DNA of 64,000 bases, from NCBI GenBank assembly GCA_965249555.1, contig OZ252243.1:352001-416000 (forward strand). The letters are read 5' to 3'. Positions within the stretch are counted from its first letter, which is position 1; each line of letters opens with the position of its first letter. The DNA comes from Nitrosopumilus sp. (GTDB taxonomy: Archaea; Thermoproteota; Nitrososphaeria; Nitrososphaerales; Nitrosopumilaceae). Both the position numbers and the translations under genes were made by a program. This document shows, piece by piece, positions 38,388 to 47,710 of this stretch. The notes under the pieces were generated by a model. The model worked only from the letters and a program-made list of their open reading frames with translations. It did no database searches and was not told the origin of the DNA.

Positions 38388-39984
38388 ATCCTAATTCCTT
38401 CAAATTAGCTTGAACTTGTTTATCAAGTGTTTTAGATTCTTCAGAAAGTTTTGTATATTCTTTTACATGTCGTTTCATTTTATCCTCAAATGGTTCATCA
38501 TCTTCTTCAAGATCTTTTGCCCCAACAAAACTACCAGGAGTTAATACATTGCCTTTGTCTACGATTTCTTCTTTTGTTGCTTTTTTGCAATATCCAGGAA
38601 CATCTTTGTATTTTGGATATCCTTTTTCACCTACAAATGACAAATAAGTTCCTGCAATCTTTTCTAATTGTTCTTTAGAAAATTCATTTTGAACCCTATT
38701 AATTGGAGTGAAAATCTTTCTAGCATCAATGAATAAAGTTTCACCAGATCTTTTTCTATAGTGTCCATTATCTTTGTTTTTTGTAAAAAACCAGAGACAG
38801 GCAGGAATTGGAGTAGTAGAAAATAATCCTTCAGGTAAAGCAATCATACAATCTACTAAATCAGCGGCAACAATTTTTTTCCTAATTTCTGCTTCAACAC
38901 CTGAAACATTCATCGAGCCATTTGCTAAAACTAGACCCATTCTGCCATTTTTATCATCTAAATGATGCAACATGTGTTGCATGAATGCATAGTTTGCATT
39001 GGTATCTTTTGGAGTACCATAATCCCATCTTTTATCAGCAGATAATTGAGTATAGCCCCATTCTTTGACATTAAAAGGTGGATTTGCTAAAATGAAATTT
39101 GCTTTTTTATCATCTGGAAATTTGTCATGTTTGAGTGAATCTCCAAGATAGATATTGGATATATCAATCCCACGTAATGCAAGATTCATCTTGCAGATAC
39201 GCCAAATTCCATCAATTACTTCTTGACCATAAATTGAGAGATCGGATTTTTTTCCGTTATGAGCATTCAAAAATTTATGAGATTGAACAAACATACCACC
39301 TGAACCACATGCAGGATCAAAAACTATACCTTTGAAAGGCTCTAAGATTTCAACCATTAATCGTACTACTGAACGAGGAGTATAGAATTGTCCTCCACGT
39401 CTTCCCTCACTCATTGCAAATTTCTTGATAAAAAATTCGTATGCTCTACCAAATGTATCGGTATCTAGCGCTTCTTTTGTTCCAAATCCAATTTTTGAAA
39501 ATTCATTAATTAATGCAGTAAGATTTTCGTTTGCAATTTTAGAGTCTGCAAAAACTTGAGGTGTAACATCAGATAATACTGGATTGCTTCGCTCTATTTT
39601 CCGGAGAATCTGATCAATTTTTAATCCAAGATTTCTTTGAGTTGCAGTCCTCATTAAATCAGACCATCTACAACCTTTTTCTAAAAATGGAATATTTTTT
39701 TGTAAATACTCATCTTTATCTTCAACAAAAATTTCTCGTTCTTTATCTGATTTTGCAGATTTTTCAATCTCTTTTTTTCTCTCTTCAAATCTGTCTGAGA
39801 TAAATTTCAAAAACATCAAACCTAGTGCGATATATTTGTAGTTTGAAACTTCAACTGTTCCTCTTAATTGTTCAGCTGTTTCCCATAATGATTCTTCAAG
39901 AGATTTTGGTATTTTTTCTTTTTTTGATTTTGTTGATTTCTTTTTTGATTTAGCTTTAGTTGATTTCTTTTTTGATTTTGCCAT
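38377..39984 (-). CDS. hsdM: Type I R-M N6-adenine methyltransferase subunit
   Basis: LWETAEQLRG, GQFYTPRSV, DPACGSGG, NPPFN. N-terminal duplicated KSKKKSTK. Confidence 0.96.
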   Translation of the reverse strand: MAKSKKKSTKAKSKKKSTKSKKEKIPKSLEESLWETAEQLRGTVEVSNYKYIALGLMFLKFISDRFEERKKEIEKSAKSDKEREIFVEDKDEYLQKNIPFLEKGCRWSDLMRTATQRNLGLKIDQILRKIERSNPVLSDVTPQVFADSKIANENLTALINEFSKIGFGTKEALDTDTFGRAYEFFIKKFAMSEGRRGGQFYTPRSVVRLMVEILEPFKGIVFDPACGSGGMFVQSHKFLNAHNGKKSDLSIYGQEVIDGIWRICKMNLALRGIDISNIYLGDSLKHDKFPDDKKANFILANPPFNVKEWGYTQLSADKRWDYGTPKDTNANYAFMQHMLHHLDDKNGRMGLVLANGSMNVSGVEAEIRKKIVAADLVDCMIALPEGLFSTTPIPACLWFFTKNKDNGHYRKRSGETLFIDARKIFTPINRVQNEFSKEQLEKIAGTYLSFVGEKGYPKYKDVPGYCKKATKEEIVDKGNVLTPGSFVGAKDLEEDDEPFEDKMKRHVKEYTKLSEESKTLDKQVQANLKELGFEI

Positions 39985-40063
39985 AATTTTTCACCTAAAT
40001 TCTAAAATTCTCCTCATTCATAACATCTCAAATTCATTTAAAAACATGATCGGGTTCTTAACA

Positions 40064-40728
40064 TTACACATTTTCAGTATTCCCTGAGATTTTCACTAGT
40101 AGATATCGTAATTTTCCTCTATTGAATGAACCAATCTGTGAGTAATCTGCCCAGTTTAGGTAATAAGTTCCAGAAATATTCAGTGTTTTTTCTCTGCCTG
40201 CAGTAATTCCAGCAGATGCTTTCTCTGACCACTCTAAAGTACCATGAATGATTTTTCCATCAAATATTCTAAAATCAGCATCCACAGTATCATTACTTTG
40301 AGGAACATTCCAATAACTGGAATCATTAGTTAGAATTATTGCAAACCAATAGTCTTTTCATGCTTTGATACAATTTTTTCTAATCGCTCAATATCTTTGA
40401 GATAGTCATATCTACCTAAATCCTGAGCGCACTGATCCATCAATTTGAATTTTTCATCATGTATTGATTCTTCTAGTTTTCTTGTTTTGTATTTGAGTTC
40501 AATTGCATAATTATTTCCAAAATTATCTTTAATCCATAAATCAACAAACATTCTCTTTGAAATGTTTGCAGGTTTGTATTCAAAACGAATATCAAGTTGT
40601 GGATGATCTTTTTGAATTTGCCAAGCTAGTGCATGCTGAAAATCAGCTTCAATGTGAAAGACAGGTCTGCTTTTGGCTAGTTTTGTTATAGATGAAAAAA
40701 TAATATCTTGAAATTCCATACTCATCAT
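40064..40728 (-). pseudogene. PD-(D/E)XK nuclease-like gene split by a 1-nt deletion
   Basis: EADFQHALAW...VDLW...AIELKYK...KDIERLE. Adding one T at 40343-40345 restores IGFAIILTNDSSYW and joins the two track ORFs. Confidence 0.75.
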
Positions 40729-40813
40729 CTTTTGTTTAGTCCCTGTTCTAATCGTAATAGCATATTTTTGATGTCTCGCAATTCACCTAGAATATCATTG
40801 TGTATTGCACTCA

Positions 40814-43378
40814 TCAATCATCACTCCAAGTATAATTTCTTGGTGTGCCAACTGGATTACCGTATCCATAATTTTTGAATCCACGATATTTTATAGATTT
40901 TTCAAGTTCTTCGTTATAATCAATGTCAAGTGACTTTTCTTGATGTTGAGGTGCTAAAACTGATTTATCCAAAATAGTATTTTCAGGAAATGAAGAACCA
41001 TTCATCCAATTGTTTGTAGGAATTTCTTTTTGTTTTGGTTCTGGTTTCTTTACAATGACAGGAGCAGTTTCAGAATTTAATGACTCTAAGATTTTAATGG
41101 CACGATGTTTGGAAAGTGAATCATTGCATCGCTCACAATGATACATGTGAGTACAAAGAGGACAACCTCGAGGTTCTTGACAATTACATTCATTTACCAT
41201 TTGTAATGCTCTACTAAACACTGCATCAAGTTTTCTAAATACTGCCTCGCATGCACCATTTCCACCTTTAACAGAATTATCATAAAGATAGATCATTCCA
41301 TCAGGAGAGGAATATCCAGATACATCAGAACTTGAATTATTGGCAATTGTTAGACTTGCATTAACTAGTAAATGCTCAGTTGCATGAATTCCTGCTGTGT
41401 TTTCACTATTATTTTGAGTACTTCCTAATTCAGGTGCTTTGAAAACAAATCCCACAGTAGGAAATTCAAACTCCATAGGAGTTCCATACATTATGGAGTC
41501 ACCTAATTGCTTGTTTGTTCTTACAGAGATTTTTCCATATCCATAAATTTTGATTTTCATTAATAGTTCACAAAATGTGGCTTCAGTATGTTTTACTGTA
41601 GCAGTCTTGATTATACGCATGATTTGAGGCTTGATTTGAAGAATAGGGATAGTATAGTATGGGTCTACATTGTAACTTTCATAGTTTAATGGCTCTACAA
41701 TTGCTTTAGGATATTTTGATTTAGAAATATAATCAATGACATAGTAATGCTCACCATTATGCATGTAAATGGCTCCACTATAAAATTTAAAAAATGCAAC
41801 AGGAGTTGCACGAGTTCCAATTGTTTTACGATAACCTCGTTTTTCAATGTATACATCATCTCCCATTCCACGAATACTATAGTCTTTGAGTAAAATTTTG
41901 GTTCTATTGTAATCTAGATGATATTTACCATCACGCTCTACAAGATTTTGCTCATCTAAATGATACTTTAAGGTATATTGCAAATCTTTTGCAAGTGCTT
42001 CATCTTTATCGATTGGTTTTGCTGCAGCTAAAAGCAAGAACATTGTTCTTTTAACAAATCTATTAAGTGGATCAACTAGAACAGATTCTTTTGGAATTAG
42101 ATAGTCAGATGGATGATTCTTGTACCATTGTGAAATTGGGTCTTTGCCTAAAACTAGAAATGCGTAACTGCGTTGTTGATTTCGTCCTGCACGACCAAGT
42201 CTTTGTTTGAATCGTGAAAAAGAAACAGTTGATGAAATCACAACATCAACATTACCAATATCAATTCCAAGCTCTAATGTAGGAGTACAAGAGATTGACA
42301 TTATTTTATTCTCTCTGAATTGTCTTTCAATGTCTTCTCGTTCTTTAATTAATAATCCTGCTCTGTGAACTGCAATTGGGATTTTTCTCTCCCTTAATGC
42401 CTTCCAGGCAAAAAGTTCTGCTTTGTCATGAGAATCATGAAAAACAATTGTTTTCTTTCCTTGATGATGGAATTTTTCAAGTAAATCAAGCATAATGTCT
42501 AGTTGTGATGGATCAGTCTCAGTTCCCAGTTCTGAAACAATTGCAAAATCAGTGATTCCAGGCTTGTTTTTCTCCTCAACAAATTCAAATTCTCTGCCAC
42601 CTAGTTTTTCACAAAATTCTTGGGCATTATCCAATGTAGCTGATGAGGCTACAATCTGAAGATTCTCAGATAATCTTTTGAGGGATTTGATGACATAGTG
42701 CACATTTGCGCCTAGAATTCCACCATAATAATGAACTTCATCAATTACCAGAGTCTGAATATTACCAAAAAATGGCTTCCACTGTGAATTTTCATTTTGT
42801 AATTGTACTTTGATAAAATCAAAATTTGTGATGAAAATATCAGGAGAATTATGCAATACATAACTTCTGAGATCCTTGCTTGGAACATCACCATCAACAA
42901 TATTTACTCGCATTTCACATTCATCTACAAATGCTTTAATCTTTCTGTGTTGGTCTTTTGCAAGGGCTTTTGTAGGATAAACAATTAATGCAGATGGTTT
43001 TTGTTTGCTTGGATTATTTAGAATATTTTGAATTATTGGAATTAAGAATGCTTCAGTTTTACCGGTTCCAGTGGGTGCTGAAATTACTACATCATTATGA
43101 TTAATAATTTTAGATATTGCATCTTGTTGATATTCATATAATCCATTTGGGAATTTTTTTATCAATACATTTCGTAAGATACCAGATAGTTCTGTGAGTT
43201 CATTAATTTTTTTACCAATTTTAATTTCAGGTTTTTTTATTGTTTCAAAGTGAGATAGTTTGAATTTGTCTTGAGATGTTCCAATTAAAAGAATGCTTTT
43301 TGTTACATTATCAATATCATGATTTCCAATAATTGCTTTTACTTCAGATGGGATTTGAAGTGGTTTATCAATACTCAA
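40814..43378 (-). CDS. SF2 DEAH helicase with DUF1998 (YprA/MrfA/Hrq1 family)
   Basis: APTGTGKT, YPTKALAKDQ, DEVH, SATL, TPTLELGIDIG, QRLGRAGR, HATEH, LYD...GGNG, CNC-x5-CPLC. Confidence 0.92.
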   Translation of the reverse strand: MSIDKPLQIPSEVKAIIGNHDIDNVTKSILLIGTSQDKFKLSHFETIKKPEIKIGKKINELTELSGILRNVLIKKFPNGLYEYQQDAISKIINHNDVVISAPTGTGKTEAFLIPIIQNILNNPSKQKPSALIVYPTKALAKDQHRKIKAFVDECEMRVNIVDGDVPSKDLRSYVLHNSPDIFITNFDFIKVQLQNENSQWKPFFGNIQTLVIDEVHYYGGILGANVHYVIKSLKRLSENLQIVASSATLDNAQEFCEKLGGREFEFVEEKNKPGITDFAIVSELGTETDPSQLDIMLDLLEKFHHQGKKTIVFHDSHDKAELFAWKALRERKIPIAVHRAGLLIKEREDIERQFRENKIMSISCTPTLELGIDIGNVDVVISSTVSFSRFKQRLGRAGRNQQRSYAFLVLGKDPISQWYKNHPSDYLIPKESVLVDPLNRFVKRTMFLLLAAAKPIDKDEALAKDLQYTLKYHLDEQNLVERDGKYHLDYNRTKILLKDYSIRGMGDDVYIEKRGYRKTIGTRATPVAFFKFYSGAIYMHNGEHYYVIDYISKSKYPKAIVEPLNYESYNVDPYYTIPILQIKPQIMRIIKTATVKHTEATFCELLMKIKIYGYGKISVRTNKQLGDSIMYGTPMEFEFPTVGFVFKAPELGSTQNNSENTAGIHATEHLLVNASLTIANNSSSDVSGYSSPDGMIYLYDNSVKGGNGACEAVFRKLDAVFSRALQMVNECNCQEPRGCPLCTHMYHCERCNDSLSKHRAIKILESLNSETAPVIVKKPEPKQKEIPTNNWMNGSSFPENTILDKSVLAPQHQEKSLDIDYNEELEKSIKYRGFKNYGYGNPVGTPRNYTWSDD

Positions 43379-43944
43379 TTAAAGGAACTCCAAAGAATTT
43401 TTTGTCCTGGTTTTAGTGCTGATGATTTTACTTTATGTTGCATTACTGCTTGTTTTGCAATTGCTTCTTTGACCACTTTATTGTATCTGTTTGATTTTAC
43501 TCTAATAGAAACATCAGTGCATAGTGTGTCGGGATTAATTACTTGCTGTCCAATCTGTTCTGCTACCCTTACCAAGTCTCTATCACAGGTAACTAAAACA
43601 GAATCAGTGAGTATTGCATATGCTAGAATTTGGTTATCAGGAATGTGAAGCAACTCATGATTCTCAACTAATTTTTCTGCAAGGAGTGACATCTCATCTG
43701 TAATCTTACCAACTGAGATCTTCACTCCAAGAGAGGATTCAAGGTTTTCCTTTGCATCATCAAAGTGATAATCTGCTCTTTTTTCAATTTCATAAATTGA
43801 TACGGTAGTAAGAACAACTTTGGAATGCTCCAAATCAACACGAATTTTTAGCATATCAAGATAGTTAGGATATTCGTGTGCCTTTCTTCCAACACAGGTA
43901 TCCAGAGTGAATCTGCTCTCCGATCCAAAGTTCTCTCTTTTCAT
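43375..43944 (-). CDS. PIN-domain (VapC-like) protein with C-terminal extension
   Basis: TLDTCV, IYEIE, HIPDNQILAYA, VLVTCDRDL. 4-bp overlap with the helicase gene. Confidence 0.8.
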   Translation of the reverse strand: MKRENFGSESRFTLDTCVGRKAHEYPNYLDMLKIRVDLEHSKVVLTTVSIYEIEKRADYHFDDAKENLESSLGVKISVGKITDEMSLLAEKLVENHELLHIPDNQILAYAILTDSVLVTCDRDLVRVAEQIGQQVINPDTLCTDVSIRVKSNRYNKVVKEAIAKQAVMQHKVKSSALKPGQKILWSSFN

Positions 43945-43956
43945 ACATTAGTATAC

Positions 43957-43996
43957 CTTTATTCATTAATAAAGATACCTTTATCTACATATAAAG
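43957..43996. promoter_or_regulatory. Twin palindromic operators CTTTAT-N6-ATAAAG with a 22-bp period
   Basis: CTTTATTCATTAATAAAG at 43957-43974 and CTTTATCTACATATAAAG at 43979-43996. Further CCTTTAT half-sites at 44058 and 44079. Confidence 0.7.
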
Positions 43997-44123
43997 CCAT
44001 TATTTCAGTATATATAATCATATAATATCTTACATTTTAGATAATGACCATCGATCACCTTTATTATCATATATTAACCCTTTATTCATAGCATTTTTAT
44101 ATCATAATTGAACATAAAAGGTA

Positions 44124-45383
44124 TTGGCAGAAAAAATTGCTTACTCTGTGCTTGAAATTCACGCACGAAGAATCAGGGAATTAGTTGAAAGTAAAAAATA
44201 CAAGAATCCAGAGGATTTTCTCAAAAATGCTATTGAGATACTGCTAACCTGGGAGAGTGAACATCCTGAAGAATGCATGGAATTAATGAAAACTCTGATG
44301 CCATTTTCACCCCAGCAAGAAGGATTCATGAAGATGACTATGAATCCTGATGAGTTACAAAAACAATTTGGAGGTTTAGAAATTGATAAAGACCAAAGTG
44401 AAGCATTAGAGCAAAAAAGACTTGCTTTACGAGATGATGATCATTTAAAATTACGAGATAATTTTTCACATGCTAAAAAATACATTGAATCATTAAAGAT
44501 TACAACTCCAGAAAACATAATCCCATATGATGGATTTCCTCTGCTGTCAGGTTTTTACAGTAGATTCTTGCCAGTAAAACTAGTCTTAACAACACTTGGT
44601 CATTTGCTTGAAAGAAGCAAGGATACTAAAATTGAATTAAAAGAATTACGTGTTTATGCATATGATATTGTAGAAGAGATTGCTGAAACTTTGAGCAAAT
44701 ATGAAAATGAACATAATATTCCAAGAAATAAAAAAATGTCAACAGGTCTTCCAAAAAAAGGAAGTAAAGACAAAGATGAAGAAAAGATTGCAATGGCTCA
44801 AAAAAGATTTAAAGATCAATTTGTGGGCAAAGTAAGAAAAAGTAGAAGACTAGAATCAAATCACTTTGAAGGAGCATTATCTGCATTAGGATTAATTGAT
44901 GCATTTGAAAAAGATAGTAAAGTGTATGTTTCACTAACTAAATTAGGAAAGGAATTCTTTTTGATTGATAATCCAGTTATGGAAGGAGAGTATGAAAAAG
45001 GACCATTAACAAAACAAGAATCAAACTTTATCTTGAAAAAGTTAATTCCTCAACGAGAATTAGAACAAGAATTTGTAAAAACTGCACTCTCTGTTGTAAA
45101 AAGATTTCAAAAGGGAACTGCTCAACCCAAAGTATTCAAAAACGATTTTGAAAAAGTAACTTATGCCTTAAATGATGAGATAAGAAAGACAGTAATAAAA
45201 TATCTAAAGGAAAATCCAAAGGCTCAAGAAATGTATAATCTTAATCATTTAGATCCTAAAATGGAGGCATCTGAGCGTAAAATCACGCAATGGCGACTTG
45301 CAACTATGGGCAGACTGGCAGAGTTGAAGGTAGTGAATTGGAGAATAAATGAGAAAGGAGATTCAGAGTATTCTCTGAATTAG
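44124..45383 (+). CDS. 419-aa protein with N-terminal ribbon-helix-helix-like domain and an uncharacterised (wHTH-like) C-terminal region
   Basis: RIRELVESKKYKNPEDFLKNAIEILL matches the CopG/RHH pattern (L V x x G/K x Y x S/N x x E/D F). SLTKLGKEF and MGRLAELKVV are wHTH-like. Confidence 0.65.
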   Translation: MAEKIAYSVLEIHARRIRELVESKKYKNPEDFLKNAIEILLTWESEHPEECMELMKTLMPFSPQQEGFMKMTMNPDELQKQFGGLEIDKDQSEALEQKRLALRDDDHLKLRDNFSHAKKYIESLKITTPENIIPYDGFPLLSGFYSRFLPVKLVLTTLGHLLERSKDTKIELKELRVYAYDIVEEIAETLSKYENEHNIPRNKKMSTGLPKKGSKDKDEEKIAMAQKRFKDQFVGKVRKSRRLESNHFEGALSALGLIDAFEKDSKVYVSLTKLGKEFFLIDNPVMEGEYEKGPLTKQESNFILKKLIPQRELEQEFVKTALSVVKRFQKGTAQPKVFKNDFEKVTYALNDEIRKTVIKYLKENPKAQEMYNLNHLDPKMEASERKITQWRLATMGRLAELKVVNWRINEKGDSEYSLN

Positions 45384-47236
45384 GAATCATTTAGAATATT
45401 TTTGAGTTCATCAGGTGACCATAATTCTTCAGCAATTTTTTGATACAATTTTTGTCTTTCATCAATAGCTTTTTTTGTGAATTTTTCATAATGTTTAAAG
45501 GAAAGTCCTGAATCCCTACAATATTTTACAAATCCAGGATTTTTTGTATAACATTTAGAATTCAGAGATTGAGCAAGTAAATTTTGTCCAAAGTAATGAT
45601 CTAGTTTTTCTGAATATGGAGATGCGCCAAAAGATTGATTGATGCCTCTAGGTATCAAAATTAACCCACCTAAACGATTTCTATAATCATCAAAATCAGA
45701 TTCATTTTCAAACTCGTCTTTATGTTCCATGAATTTGTTAGCCCAAATATGTTCAATTTCAAATCTATTTTTTCGTTCACGTTTAACATATGTTTCAAAA
45801 CTAGAATTTGGAATTCCAGATTTTTCTTCGATATGGCTAGTAATTCTTACAAGTAAAAATTTTACAAAACTTTTATTCATTTTTTCAAGACCGTAGTCAT
45901 AGACTTTATCCAATTTTTCTTTCATATCAGTAATATTCTTGGCAAATATTTCAGTTAATTCATCAACAGATTTATCACGAATTTCTGTTACTAGCTGATA
46001 TATTCTAATTCTAACATTAGAATGGCCTATACTACTACCATTTACTTTTCGTCGAATTATAAAAGATTCCAAATACCTTGCAACAAGATCAATTTTTTGA
46101 TCAACAGTGTTTTTATCATCGGAAATCATAAGTGGGGACATCAACAAAGGAAAGTAAAGAGATGGTGCAAATCTGACATGATCCACATAGAAAACATGTT
46201 CTAAATTTTTATTAAAATTGTGTGCTGCCTTGTAGATTTTTACATAAATCTTTGAAAAAAATACAAAATTGGTTTCTATAAAGTTCCTTTGTTCATCTAT
46301 CTCAGACAATCCAATTTTGTCTTGGTTATCTTTGAACCAGCTATGAGGTTTAGTTGCTATTACTTCAAAATCTTCATCATGGGTATCTCTTGGCTTCCTG
46401 ATTGTTTCGGCGTATTTTGCTCTAAACCATGATTGAATAAACTCCATATCTGCATTTTTGTTAAGGTCTTTGATTTTTGACATGTGTTTTTTCCATAATT
46501 CATTCAACCTCTTTTTTTCATCTTCTTCTGAAAATTTAGATAAAAGATGTCCTTTGAGCATTTCAGGAGGAGTTAGACTCAATCCTCGATCGTTCATTGT
46601 TTCAAAAATTTTGTATGCATCATCATCGGACCATGTTTTAATGACTACAAACATTACATTTTCTTTTAACCAATCAATAAAATAAGGTAAGGCATCATCA
46701 AGTGATAGTTCAGTAATTAATGCTGAGATATCTTCATATCTTTCATAAATGTTTTTCACAGATTCATTTTCATCAGTTGGATCATAATCATTATTATGAA
46801 ATAGTTTCATCATACATTTCTCGCGATCTTTAATTTGTAAATTTAATGAAGACTCTCCATATGCACGAGATGCAATTAATTGATCTAAAGGTTCCTCAAG
46901 ATTTTTTTCTTTTTGTAAATTATTAAGAAAAATCAAAAGTAAAGTAATAGAAGTTAGTCTCTGTTGTCCATCGATAATAGATGAAATATTATCTTTGACA
47001 TTAAGAATAATTGAACCCATGTAATATTTTGAATATGACTTTACTTCTTTTCGATCATGTTTATTTCCAGATTTATAGTTTTCAAAAAATTTTGAAGACA
47101 GATCCTCAATTAGATGTTCAATGTTTTCTTTTTCCCACCTGTACTCTCTTTGAAATACATCCACCTCATATTTTCTGCCAAGAATTTCTCTCAAATTTCT
47201 TGCATCTGCAGTAATGTATGAAGATTGAGAAGACAT
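45380..47236 (-). CDS. DUF262-DUF1524 GmrSD-like modification-dependent (type IV) restriction endonuclease
   Basis: FQREYRW, IIDGQQRLTS, FETMNDRGLSL, EIEHIW, RLGGLILIP..IN. Confidence 0.9.
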   Translation of the reverse strand: MSSQSSYITADARNLREILGRKYEVDVFQREYRWEKENIEHLIEDLSSKFFENYKSGNKHDRKEVKSYSKYYMGSIILNVKDNISSIIDGQQRLTSITLLLIFLNNLQKEKNLEEPLDQLIASRAYGESSLNLQIKDREKCMMKLFHNNDYDPTDENESVKNIYERYEDISALITELSLDDALPYFIDWLKENVMFVVIKTWSDDDAYKIFETMNDRGLSLTPPEMLKGHLLSKFSEEDEKKRLNELWKKHMSKIKDLNKNADMEFIQSWFRAKYAETIRKPRDTHDEDFEVIATKPHSWFKDNQDKIGLSEIDEQRNFIETNFVFFSKIYVKIYKAAHNFNKNLEHVFYVDHVRFAPSLYFPLLMSPLMISDDKNTVDQKIDLVARYLESFIIRRKVNGSSIGHSNVRIRIYQLVTEIRDKSVDELTEIFAKNITDMKEKLDKVYDYGLEKMNKSFVKFLLVRITSHIEEKSGIPNSSFETYVKRERKNRFEIEHIWANKFMEHKDEFENESDFDDYRNRLGGLILIPRGINQSFGASPYSEKLDHYFGQNLLAQSLNSKCYTKNPGFVKYCRDSGLSFKHYEKFTKKAIDERQKLYQKIAEELWSPDELKNILNDS

Positions 47237-47407
47237 GAAATCATTGGATTTGTGGAGAATTTAAAATTATATTAGTATCTAAAGTATGGCTCTGGTCGCA
47301 TATTATTGATTCCAATGAGATTCTGTAAAGTTACAGCCTATCAGATGTGATAGTGTTGAGATTTAGATGAAGGAGATCATTTCACTATTAAAAAATCTAA
47401 AAAATAA

Positions 47408-47701
47408 TTACCAGATTTCTTCATATGCCTTTTTTCTACGTCTTGGTATCAGATAACACGTTTTGATTATTTTTTTTGAAAAATTTACATGAATTATTAA
47501 TCGGAAATTACCGTTATCAAATTTTACTTTATGCTTATTGGACAAAGAACCTTTAAGTGGAATTGCTTCCTTCCATGGGTCGTTCTTAATATCATCTAAT
47601 TTTTGAAACAGAATTATTTTTTTATTGTCCTCTAATTTTTGAAGGCATCTTTGATATTCAAAAGAAGATGTATCTATACTGAATTCTAAAACGTCGTTCA
47701 A
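47408..47701 (-). CDS. RelE/ParE-family toxin
   Basis: KLDDIKNDP...PLKGSLSNKHKV...NFRLI...RRKKAYE. Confidence 0.7.
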   Translation of the reverse strand: MNDVLEFSIDTSSFEYQRCLQKLEDNKKIILFQKLDDIKNDPWKEAIPLKGSLSNKHKVKFDNGNFRLIIHVNFSKKIIKTCYLIPRRRKKAYEEIW

Positions 47702-47710
47702 GACAACCTC

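Noticed and set aside
40814-43378. Assignment to DISARM or Druantia
   Set aside because: The helicase and DUF1998 are fused in a compact 854-aa protein, and the other hallmark genes are absent.
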